From: Lingula anatina
Lineage: Eukaryota; Animalia; Brachiopoda
Assembly: GCA_051362555.1 (NCBI GenBank)
Contig: CM120640.1
Coordinates: forward strand, 7,378,001-7,442,000
DNA: 64,000 nucleotides
Reading direction: 5' to 3'
Positions 28,563 through 41,200 of this stretch are shown piece after piece (the first letter of the stretch is position 1; each line of letters starts with the position of its first letter). The notes beneath the pieces were generated by a model that ran no database searches, had not been told where the DNA came from, and saw only the letters and a program-made list of their open reading frames with translations. A program made the position numbers and the translations under genes.

Positions 28563-31500
28563 CTAGACAAATACATTCCGCAAGGAGCTCTCTCCGTCGG
28601 AATCGTTTTCAAAGCTAATGTTATATGTGCCTTGATCCTCTGGTTCCTGATCATGTTTATGTACATTAAGATAACTAGCACTATTCACGATGGGCGAAGT
28701 GGACACAGAGAGGGAAATTTGTCCGTTACTACCCACAGTGGGTAGTATGTCTCGACCGCTGTCCAAGGTGGACGAATTGCCGCGGCCACTGTCTAAGGTA
28801 GACGGAATGTCTCGGTCACTGTCTTGAGGGGATCTCTGATCACATCTAGAGCATTGTGACGATGGGTGACGTAACACCGATGGAACTGTCTCTCTTGATT
28901 CAGGAAGCACCGTGTATATTCGCCGATCTTCCTCTTCCGGGGTCTGCGGCAGAGGACGATCTTTATTGTAGCCATTTTGTTGATGCTTTTGAGCTGAAAT
29001 AACAGTTTAATTCAGTAAAAGTATTTTTCTTTATGATGTTTATATTACAAGCATGTTACTTGCTCATTACAATGGACCTCAGGTTAGACATTCAATATCT
29101 GTCTACCAAAATGAAGCCGAGAATTATCCTTTTAATCTTGCAGCGGTGCTTTAATTAATATAAACTATATTATACTGATTTTATATTGGCTGTAAAATAT
29201 ATTATACCGCACAATATAAGAGACGATTTTATCTAGCAGAAAAGTTCGGTATTTTTAAAAGTTATATTAGCTTTTGTAAATTTCACACGCATGAAAAATT
29301 ACCATTTGTTAAAATCGGTTGTGTAGAAAATGTAAAAAAAAGTCGACTTTCCTTGCCCTAGAATTCCAGTCATTGTTTACAGTCTTTACAATGTACCGAG
29401 CTTATACAGAGCGAACAAATAGTTCAGAGTCATTTATGTAGTTGAAATAGATTTCTAACCCCGAAACTGCGTCAATTCACCTACCTTGTTGATGTTTTTT
29501 CCACATATGCCGGAAGATGAATCCCACTGCACCAATAAATAATATTAGGGCGACACCAAGTACAATTAACCCTACAGCTTTGGCGTCGACATCTTGCTTC
29601 GAGTGTCCTGAATCACCTGGTTCAACGTTGGTAGAAATATCTGGACACTCCAAGCAGCGGCTGCACGAGGACTCGCCACCCTGCGCAGGCTCTCCGTCTG
29701 GCAAAATTATTTTATCTCTGTCAAGCACCAGTAGGTCTTGATATGTTCCTATCTGAAAACAAGAAATAAAAATACCCATGATTAGTATTATTATTAACAT
29801 AATCTGTTGAAATACTGGAAGAGTATTATATTATATAATGTTCATAAAAGATGGATTGCATTTCCTTTTCCACCCCCTTTTTTAAAATTATTATAAAAAT
29901 ACACATCATGTAATTATCATGTAGGCTATTAAGTTGCCGTTATGTTGCAAACATGCATGTAATTTGCGAGCTCAAATTTATTTGGAAAAGGAGTAGTTGT
30001 ATTTCAATTACCAACATATTCATATCCTTCGGGAAATAATTAGAAAATATTCATTTTAAAGCCCCCCCCCTCCCCCGGTTCAAATTTTGTTTTTGTCATG
30101 TACCTTTTTATATTCCAAGTTTTGGGGAGTCACAGGATCTCTCTGAATATTGTAAATAGAAAATCCAGCATTTCCATTCCCATCATCGTTGAATGGCCTT
30201 ACAATATTACCATTTGCATCAAGCAACTCTGTCTTCTGAATGTTCTGCACAAGCGTTTCAACCTTGTCCAGTTTTTTAAGTTCCACCAGGCAGGCTGTGT
30301 CTGATCGGCTGTTACAGTGGGTCCTCATCGTTTGCCTAAACCCTCTAATTGTGGCGTTCACAGCAAGCACTGTGTACGCGGCCCAGGGGTCGGGTTCGAA
30401 ACTTCTCCCAGGATCATTGTAGTTCATTGAAGGCCGGCACGGCACTCCATATTTATGGTCAAAGGTACCTTCTATATCACAGTGAAAATGGTCTTGCCAG
30501 TATAAATTAAACCAAAAATTGCGGTGTGAAAGCGACGGTCTTTTATTTATGAAATATCGTTCGAAATGATAATCACGTTGCGGATAGATCCCAACAGTAA
30601 TGTGTCCAACAGCGACTTCTCCGACTCCTTTTATGACTTTTGAACTTCTCCCCCATGCCTCGCTTCCAATGAAAATAAATCCGAGAGGCCGCGGGAGATT
30701 TTTGTTGCGCTCCTCGATAGTGAGAAGAACATTTTTTGCATGAATGTCATCGGCTATGAGTATGACTACCCTGGCTTTTGACGCGTAAGGAAGAATGTCA
30801 TTGATGGCAGTATGAATACTTTGCAGCTTTGCATCTGCATTTCCAAATTCATGAGACAACTCGTTACTACGGGCAATACAAATTCCATTCTTGTCAGCGT
30901 GTTTTTTGAATAGCTCATACCCATTTCGACCGTACGCATTCTTTGAGTTAAGCGTTATGACGTAGTTCCAACCAAACTGTTTCAGTAACGCCACCATGGC
31001 TTCGGCCTGTTGGTCTAGATTTGACACTGTTCTCAAAAAGAATGGAAACCTGTATCTGTCATCGAGTATGGTGCTGGCCGAACCGTACGAAATCAACGGA
31101 ATCCGCAACGGAGTGAGAAAGTCTGCTATGCTGATGGTTACCGAACTTGAGAACGCACCAATGACAGCAATGGCTTTAGCAGCATCTATCGCGATTCCTG
31201 ACACTGGATCGGTCAGTTTTAGATCCCCACTAAGAAAATTTAACAGTGTCTTGGTAGCTACTAATGGGTTGTAACAATCGTCAAATACAATAGCCCCAAA
31301 ATTAGAGCCGGACGCGTTGTTGGCTTCCAAAGCAAACATGAATGCTTCGACCAGCTGCGCAGAACCTGTGAGACTGCGGTAGTCGCCACATTCAAAAGGT
31401 TTCTTTCCCTGATCGTGGACAGAGAACAATCCGACAATTAACAAGTCCCCAGGGATGTAGATGAAGGGGACATCAGAAACTTTCTTGCACCTCTGGCAAT

Positions 31501-34500
31501 CTCTTTTGCAAGAAGGTACAGGAAGATTAACTCCAGACACGAGCGATCCGTAGTTATTGTCCATCACAATACTGTCTTTGTCGAGACTAAGTCCGTTTAA
31601 ACCATAGTTTCCCACAGATTTGAAAGAACCATCATCTTTGAAATTGTAAATATTAAACATGGTTGTTAATCCATTAAGTACATTGAAATCTCCAGTCCCA
31701 CTGAACTCAAACCTGATTCTGCTTTGCCTAAGTTCTCGTGGGGCAGCAAAACCAAGAGTGGCATATTCGACAATGACTTTCGGAATTTCTCTCAGTATCT
31801 CTCTTGCAGAGAGCGTGCCAGAAGGGGTTTGGAAGACGCGCCAATTTTTCAGCGCTACGGCGTACGCGTACAGAGCATGCAATGCCTGCACGAGATACGG
31901 CGACTGATGCAAAGTCTTCTGTGCTATCTCGTTCTCAGGTACAGAGCCACAAAGTCTTGCATTTATATCAGGCACCAAGGATGACGGCATATTTGGAAAT
32001 TTACATGCAAACATCTTCATGAAACATTCCTGCAACCACCGTGTGTGCACGTTCTCGGGATAAGCGGACACTTTGCTTATATTTCGGAGCAAAGGTCTCC
32101 AGTGATCTTCCAGAAATGATCCAATAGCGATGTGTGCCGGTGCGATGCTCAGTATACCGACAGCTGTACTTGCTTGATCGGCGAAAAGGTGAGATGCCCC
32201 TCCGACAGCGTCTGGCATAACCCAATATATGTTCTTCAGTCCGCGTCTGTGCTGTTCTTTTATTAACCCCTTGGCTATTGGTGATGGGCCAAAGTACACG
32301 ACGCCAAGAGGACCATCTGTATGTCGACTTTCCAAAACCAATTTGTCAAATATATCTCGCAAAACCAACGGGTCGTTGTTGTTGTCTGCTATAACTTCGC
32401 TGAGTCCAATGCATATTCCGTCTGCCTTTGCAAGCCGCCTAAACTCTTTCATTCCCTCGATTCCATAATTGTCATCGCTGCTGACAGTTACTATGTACTT
32501 CCATCCTAACTCACGAACGATAGCAAACATGACCTACGACGAAAAAAAAAATTAGACAGACACGTTTAAGTGTTGAAAATAAATTTAAGGACGGTAAGAA
32601 GTTCATTATCAATATGAAAATATCATTATAAAAATACAATACAAACGAACATAATTTTAACATATTTGTTGTGAATAATATGCATTATGAAAAAAGTTAT
32701 CGATATCTGATACATGGAAGCTTCACTGACTGGACACCTTAATGAATAAGTATGTCAAACATTTGTTTAATGGTTGGGATATCCCTTTGGGCTTATGGAA
32801 TCTAACCCAGGCGGAAAAATCCCTTATTAACATAAAAACTTTGACTGATATTGTTAGTAACTTCCGTGAAATTAGTGGAAAGAATTATTTATTTTGATAA
32901 ATGGAAATTCGAGCTGGCTCTCAAACTAATAAATAACACGTGAATTGTGCCCTTTCTCAATTGCCAATTCTGGCCGCATCTTATGACTTACTGATAACCT
33001 CTTATTGCATGTGATATAAAGTTAGATTACGTATGGTAGTTTTGAGATAATAGCCCACACACATATATGAGCATAAAATGTTGATTTGCATAACTTTTTG
33101 TCTCTATGTTTATATATGATATAACATTAATTTACGCGAACTTATAAAAGAATAATTCGAAAAGGATTACCTTGCTCTGTTCCTTATCAGAATGAACAGT
33201 CCTAAAGAAGTCCGGATATTTGTTCTTGTCACTGAGCGTTTCAGCCGTGGTAGAGTACGCTATCTGCGGTATGTGCCTACCCTCCAGCACGCCCGACACG
33301 GCGGCAGCAGAACTACTGCGAGTAGGTCCCAGAACACCTGGCAAGTATTATTAAATAAAACTTATCATTATCAGTTACTGAACTTTAATCACAAGTCCAT
33401 TTTATACTCTATCTGTTGGCTAGACCCGTGTAATAATTGCTGTTGTAAAATTCAGCGAAAGGGGAAGGCTATCTTTCAAAACAGGAACCCTTCCCCCACC
33501 ATTATAATTTTTTTGTTTTTTTTTCTGTTTGTGGCACAAAGGGATTGATGAAGGTGCACGTTATATTCTACATTATTTCAGTCATTTGTTTTAATCAATG
33601 TTTCCGTTTCTTTCACTAGCCCTTGTTATTCTTTATTCTCATGACATTGTAAAGTCTACGAAAAATTTTGGATTTTAGAAACTAAATAATAATAATAATA
33701 ATAATTATTATAATAATATTGCCACTGTACACTTCTTTGAATCTAAGTAAGTCAATGGAAAACGGGATAAAAGTAAATGGGCAAGTCTTTTCTTTTTTCA
33801 AAATAAAGCGATTGTTGTGGTCGCTTACCATTCTATGGCTGCTCTACTTGACGTTCAAAAAAAAAGTAAATAAACACATAATTACAGGTGATAACTCAAG
33901 GAAGTATGATTTCTAATGCCGAAAGGTGAAAGAATCAGATTCATCGACTTGCAACGACATATATCTTCTGAATACAAAAATGACCAGTTTTATTGAAAAG
34001 GGGGGTCGTTGTGGAGTCGCAGGTCTCTGGCCAGCGATTTGTTTTTATGAAAATGTGAACATTTTCACCGCGAAACCTACACGTACTTTGTTTATTCACA
34101 CAGCCTAGATCAGATTGATTCAGAGCAAACGCCCCCCAACCACCACCGTCTCCTACCTGAGTTGAATTCTTCAACAAAAAAGCATCAAAAATGTCTGACA
34201 ATTTATTTTTGAGGTGAAGTGAAGTGAAGCATTTCTTACCAAAAAATTGCTTTTACGTTGTTAATGCGAGAACTTACCAATGAAAGCATCACTGTTATTG
34301 AAGGGAGTGCAATCGGTGTATTCCCTCAAGTAAAAGCTGGGCGTTAGTGTGAGGGTACCTTGGACAGCCAGGGAAGGGGTGCCGCAAGTATCCAACATAC
34401 TTAGTCCTGAAGATAAAAAAACTGTCGATTAATATTTTGAGTGGATGTGGTTCAAGCTCAATAGCCCCACAAGTCATAACTTGGAGAGAAAGGAGTGGTT

Positions 34501-34939
34501 TTTATTATTCGGATTAGACAATATATATACCAGTAGTACACTTTGGAGTTAGTCACATATAGATTCTTATCAAACAGATTCATCATGATACTTGTATCTA
34601 AAATACATGCCGTTACACAAGTGCGTGGTAAATTTCTAATTTATGACTCGGTTCATGTGATGAAGAATTAAACAAACCTAATGTAACTCCAGAAGTGAAA
34701 TTATTTGAATTTATGAGGTTAACCGCCCATCTTAAGACTTCAAGCTCCTGTACGACGAAGGGGTCCAAGGCGTGGTCACAGCCCCTGTTTCCCAGGCTGG
34801 CAGGATGGTGCACCTCTCCCAGGGCCACGATCACAGCCTTCCCCTCATCAAAGGCGGGCTGGGGAGTGCACATTTTGCTAAGACCGACCACACTGGCCGC
34901 GAGGACCGTGACCATCGTCAGGAAAACAAGTTTATTCAT
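28563..34939 (-). CDS. Tandem double Venus-flytrap single-pass membrane protein, paralog 2, ~1228 aa
   Basis: Exons: 34939-34678, 34406-34278, 33337-33171, 32533-30104, 29752-29485, 28993-28563 (TAG); 3687 nt, in frame. Intron positions and phases match paralog 1 (129-nt and 167-nt exons are the same length). Signal peptide MNKLVFLTMVTVLAASVVG, two VFT motif sets, TM AVGLIVLGVALILFIGAVGFIF, ~150-aa tail. Confidence 0.88.
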
Positions 34940-37900
34940 TTTTGCCTCGTCTGTACTGTAATACAAAGAAAATACAAATTGGTAAATATCTAAATAGATA
35001 CATGAATGAATAAATCAATAAGAATAAAAAAGCAATTTATACACCACTGTCCTTGAGATAATATCCAAGTTGCAATTAGAGACTACTTTGAACAAAAAGT
35101 TTCATCCATATACACTTGGTGCCCAGTACTGGTGCATCGTGAACATGTAAATTATAAGGTAGCATATTACATAGGCCTATTACATATTACATTTGACGTA
35201 CGTGTACCTACAGGGTACGTAGGATACGATATCCTTAGACTAAGTCGTTTAAAAACTTGAGAATCGAATGGATTCATCCACGCCTTTGAACGACCTAATT
35301 ATGCAGGTAAATGACTTAACGATAAACGTTTGGTCTTGGTAAAGAACAGTAGTTCAGAGATTTTTATTTCAGTTAAAAACCACAGATTTTTACGTGGCAC
35401 TGTAATAACCCATCATTACAGATCTACATTCCATTTAGTGCCGCGTCCTCTTGAAAAGTACAAACAGACGGAATTTAGAAGAATAAATAAGAAAAAGGGC
35501 AACTCACGTTCACCGCTTGTTTCGCTGTTGGCCTTGTCGCCATTGAAGTTGATACAGTATACAGTAGGCCTTTTATTTGAGCACGCTTTAGCTTGTGCCT
35601 CTCTACCTTTAATGTTTTGGCTGTAACCCTTTATATCACACTGTTGAGAATTTCTATGCAAACCCGGTTATTTTCAGCAGTCAAAAATAACCGCATTATT
35701 GTCCAACAAAGATCCGGGTTGGCGGCGCTCAGGTGTACAATTCACATCATTTGACACGCCACAGTAAGTATACAATGTATGTGTCCTTCAGTTGTCAAAA
35801 AATTCCCTGAATACAGACTGTCCACAGATATTTCAATAGAGTTTTTTATGAATTTCTCGCTTCATATTACTTTCTTCATATACAGAAATAAAATGCTTAC
35901 CTGAATAAAAACGTTGAGATTAATTAGCTGATTTTCACTTGCCATATACCTGTAGTATGTGAAGAATGCAAGCGTACATCATCCGACTCCGGCTATTTGC
36001 CAGTAATAATTATGCTATGGACACGCAGAAAGAGTGCACCCTGTCTCTGACATTGAAGGCTGTATTGCGATATTATATTTCTTGGTAATACTTTCTTGAT
36101 TCATGTATAAGTCTTGACAGTAATTGATACTTAACATGAAGACATTTGACATAGACAGGCACGATTTGGTTCAGCGTTCAAGAGGTGCGCTGGGCACTCG
36201 GGTGTCGTGCACTGGGGCGTAACAGTGGGGAAAATTGAGTAATTTTATATATATCATATAATTATTTCTGCACATATGTTAGTTAATGCGCAAAGGATCC
36301 TTCATGAATCAGTTAAAGTCGGCCTCGTCATGAAATATTGGGCGAATTCCAACTCACCATTTTCAATAGAAGTTGAACGTTATTTCCTTATAAATGAAGG
36401 GTCATTAAACATTATTTAAACACCGTAGAATCTTAGGTATAAAATTTTCCATAAAAGACATGTCCTCAATTCCTTTATATGCCTAGTAGCCCGTGCCCTA
36501 ATAGGTAACCAGTGAAATTGTTGAAGGACAGAAAGGACAGAAATGCAGACGAGAGTCATGGACAAATTTGCTCAAAAAGATTTTTTATCTTTTTGAATCT
36601 ATTTGGAGACATACAGTTCAATGCAGCGTTTTGCCAATACTTCAAGTTCTTCAAGTTCAAATTCTACTTCAAGCTGGGGACGTTCCTTATCTAAAATTCG
36701 TTATATGCAAGTTTGTCTGCTATTTAAAAAGTCCTTGGTATAAAATAATTATTGGTAATTACTCAGTCCTTTACATTTTTATGTGACACGTCAAGTCTTC
36801 CGTCTCAAGTAATACCACAATACAAATTATGAATAACTGGTATAAAGCCCACTTCTATTCACAATATTTATTGACACGAGAAAACTGGATAACGTGTGTA
36901 CCTGACATTTTAAATCTAAATTGTTACTGGAAAATTTTATTGACCATGATAAAAAGACGAAAAAGAATTAAAACGACTAGTCTGACATCACTGATATGAA
37001 AGTTTTAAATATTTAGTACTTAAATAAGAAGCTAAACGTTAAATAGGTTGAGGTAATACATTCTGAAAGAGGCTATAAGGTAACAAATCCTTTTACCCTC
37101 TACTATCAATTTAAGTCTAAGTATCAAATAAAATTGTATTTACTTTAAATTTGACTTTAATGGATTTAATTTGTAGTTTAGTATTATGACAGAGAACGCC
37201 AGAGGAAGACAACATTCACTTAAAGTCATGAAATGGCTTTCTTGGGATTTCAAAATTCAACTTTATACATTAAATTGACATTATCAAGATTACAAGTCCA
37301 CGTACTTTTGGCGCTTAAACAGATTTCTGGTGATCCTATTTGCGTACTTTGATCTGGATTTGGTACCTTTTTGATCCATTATTTTCATCAATTTTTGTGA
37401 CAGTTAACATATTTCTATGATCTGAAGCAGTATGGTTTTGTTGAAAAACAAGCAAGAGCCTATAACAATAAGCTTAACAACAGTGAATGGAATATGCTTC
37501 CAAAATTACAAATATCTGAATTTGTGTGCTTGTTGCTAACCTAAGCAAAAAATTGGGCATAATTTTTCCATTCTAATGGAAATAAATTAGAAGAAAACCT
37601 ATAGTCTACTTGAACACCTATGGCTGTCCCATATGAGGACAAAAGAACTGTACATGAACACTACCTGTACACTACACTTACTTTCCAACTAGCAAACATT
37701 GTGTAATTATGAAGTCAACATACAACTAGATAAGATAGGAATATGAAAAAAAAATTACAAATTGCTATAATTTAGGTGGCACTGATATAAATGTACCAGT
37801 GAACACTGACAAAAAGAGACTTCTTCAGGATTTATATTTTAATACACAAATTTTTCTTATTTGTTTCAAGTTGCTCAATTTAGGTTTTGGTTTCTCTACA

Positions 37901-38234
37901 GCAACCTCAGTTTGGGTTTTGGTTTTAACATGTCCAATAGGAATGGGGCTTCATTCAATTTTTGTCAAGTTTCTAGAATATTAGCTTCTCCCCAATTATC
38001 TCCATTCAGCAAGATACACAGCTAGTTTTTGTCAACACAACTATATGACTTTCATATGGTGGTCACCTAGATATAGCTAGAGTTCTAAGACACATTTTTT
38101 GTTCATTCTTAGTTCATAAATACAACAAGTTGACGTGAAGTACGCAATGAAAGCAACTAAACATCTTTGCCGCTGCATAACAAGAACAAAGCGGAGCCGA
38201 TATTATTTGAAATTATTCATCCTAGGATTTGTGC

Positions 38235-41200
38235 CTACATCTCTCCTCCTAGTGTAAGTACATCAAAGCAGATCTGGCAAACACGGACTGGCTTGGGCTG
38301 GTTATATTTGATGATAGGGATATCCTTATCTGAACACTTATTGCACAATAAACGACCACAGTGACGACTGAAATAGTTGAAAAGAAAAATAACAGTTAGT
38401 TATATTCATGATTACTGAGATCATTATGTCCATGCTGAGATCTTACGAGGCATTTTAATAATACCTAACAAAAATATGTTTTAAAAGTTTAAAGTTCTGT
38501 TAACTTCTCATTATATATAAAATTGTACACATAGAACTGATACATAATACAGAATTAAATTTGGATACAAACCAATGATGTTTTCTGGTTTTAATTCCAA
38601 ATTTAGTTGCACATTCCTCGCAGTTTTCTCCATCTGTCCAGGGCGGCTCCTTGGCTAGCATATCTGCTTGCAGAATGGACATTATTACTTATCAAATTGC
38701 ACATATGTATCAAACTACATAAAGAAAGCCATTATAAATACTCCTCAAACCATCAACTAAATTTTCACTTTCTTACTTCTTCTAATATTCGCAATTTCAA
38801 AAAAAAAAAAATTATAATAATAAATAAATAAATAAAATTAAATCACCTTTATGTCTCATTCCAAGATATTTTCTTCTAGTCTTTCTACTTCAGAACAAGT
38901 CTGGCCTAAATTATTCAAATATCCTTTCCTTTCTTTTTCTTTGAGCCCGAATTTAAATTATGAAACAGAACTTGAATAATTTAACAAAGCACATTTATAA
39001 TTACCTAACAGCTTGAATAGTAACTGTTTGGTAGCTACAGGTGCATTGAATATAGACATCCCTTGTCTGTTCACATTGCCCATCATAGCACCAGCACGGA
39101 CAATTGCACGACATAAGTGTCCATTGCCATTTAAGTACGCCAGCAAAAGAACTGAAACAAAAAAGATGTTGTACTGAAAATCGCCATCCTTACCTCATGT
39201 CTTTAAGACAGAGAAATGCCAATTCTCAAAATGCTAGAGACAGTTGCTACATAAATTGAAAATCCAAATTTACTGCTATTAAATTGATTTCTTGGAATTA
39301 ATTATGATAATTAAAAATGACAATCAACTTAAGGCTATATTATTTAATTTATTTATGAACATATACCGTCAAAAAAATAAAGGGAACAAAATATATTGAG
39401 AATGCAAATAAATTGTTCTAATGCTATACCATAAAAAATTGAACTTGCACTACAACAAGCTCAAAAAGAACTGTTGTCAACATTACAATTTTAATTCTTT
39501 TTTTATATGCCATAAACATATACATGTAACATGGACAAAACATGAAAGTTGCATACCTGTGTTTCCCTCAGCATCAGGTTTATCTATAGGATATTCTGGC
39601 ATGCATTCTAAAAAGAACTCAAAAATGGCCGCAGCGTTCTCCCTTCCATACTGACCCAGTACATGCATTGGCGTCTGTCCCCTGGATTAATAATATGAAA
39701 TAAATTGATATCATGTATAAAATTCTGCTCAATATTGGTTCATAAATACCAAAATTTAAAATTAACCAAGAACAATGTTAAATGAATGTAACTTTTATAC
39801 AGTTCTTGGGATAATGTAAAATACAACCAATCAAACAAAATGAAGTCTTACTTCATGTTGATGGCTTCAGCATTAATCCTCGACTCAGTAAGCAGCACTC
39901 GGCACACATTGAGATTGCCATGCTGGACTGCTACATGGAGGGCTGAAATAGTAAATAATTTGAAAACACAGTAATGCTCAACTGAAATGTCTTTAGAACA
40001 TTCAAACGTTCACACTACATTTCAAGCAATTTCAAGGCTGTACTTTGCTGAAATCCTGTCTGAGTGCAAAGATGGAGGAAATTGTGGTTATATATAGAGA
40101 CAAACTTAGTTTATAAAGATAGTGCAAACAAAATTTCAGACTCAAATCTAGTTTAGAAGAGGCCTGACAGCTGCTTCAATGTCACCTTATATCCAATAAA
40201 ATAAGATTGAACAGTACGACCAGCAAGTGTCTCATGTTATCTCCTTTGCCATAGCTGCCTGTATAAACTTAGCCAATTCATATTTCCACAGGTAATGTCA
40301 GGCATGCGCAGTTAACCCATTTCCCCTGTCATGTGTGCATGCCTACGTACTTCTTGTAGTGAAAAAAGCCACGACTGCTTGACCAGAAACAGCAGTGCAC
40401 ATATCTAAACCAGAATGCAACATGCATAACATGCACAACATAGTTGGCACATGTGTGTCTTTATTGGTGGAAAGATGAATGACACTGCCTGTGGGTTGAA
40501 AAAAAAATGGTACAATTCATCATCAGCTGTTGTTATCAGTGAAAATTCCATCCAGGATTTCCTCACCATTATTCATGCCTGCATCCAGAGCGTCACAGTC
40601 CACCCCATTCTCTAGGAGCACACTACAAATACTGCTGGTCTGGTCATTCTCTGCTGCCAGGTGTAAAGCCGTTTGCTTGCTTGGGGTCAATTCATTCACA
40701 TTAGCACCAGCTAAGATCTGGAAATTAGTTTCAATTCAGGTGATTCTCAACATCCCTTTACCACACTTTACATCTTAGTCTTACATACCTAGGCCATATG
40801 AATGTAAGCATCCTCAATTAATTGCCAAAGTAACTGTAAAAATATTTTTAAAATTTTTGACCGATTTCGTAAGATATTCAGATAAACCCATCATCAATAC
40901 CAAGCAGCATACTAGAACACTGTCTTGATCTTTATACAATTTTTGCCATTTTTTACAAGTGAAATTTGGATGCACATGAAGCAGATATTCTGGAAAAAGC
41001 ACTCACTAGATTTCTGACTATAATTTCAGAGCTCGCCATGACAGCCAGCTGTAGAGGAGTGAACTTGTGTGAGTCCTGCACTCTGGAGTTCACATCAGCA
41101 TGGACACTGATCAGGAACAGGACACTCTCTATGTCTGACTTTTGGATGGCCACATGCAGAAAGTTTCTGCCTCGGTTATCAAGCTGCAAGAGGTAATGAA

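Noticed and set aside
30098-32509. Many plus-strand ORFs opposite the large VFT exons (also 20482-21504)
   Set aside because: Antisense shadows of real coding sequence.
19061-34939. Calling the two flytrap genes metabotropic glutamate receptors (GRM)
   Set aside because: There is no full nine-cysteine domain or 7TM region; each gene ends after one TM helix and a short tail.
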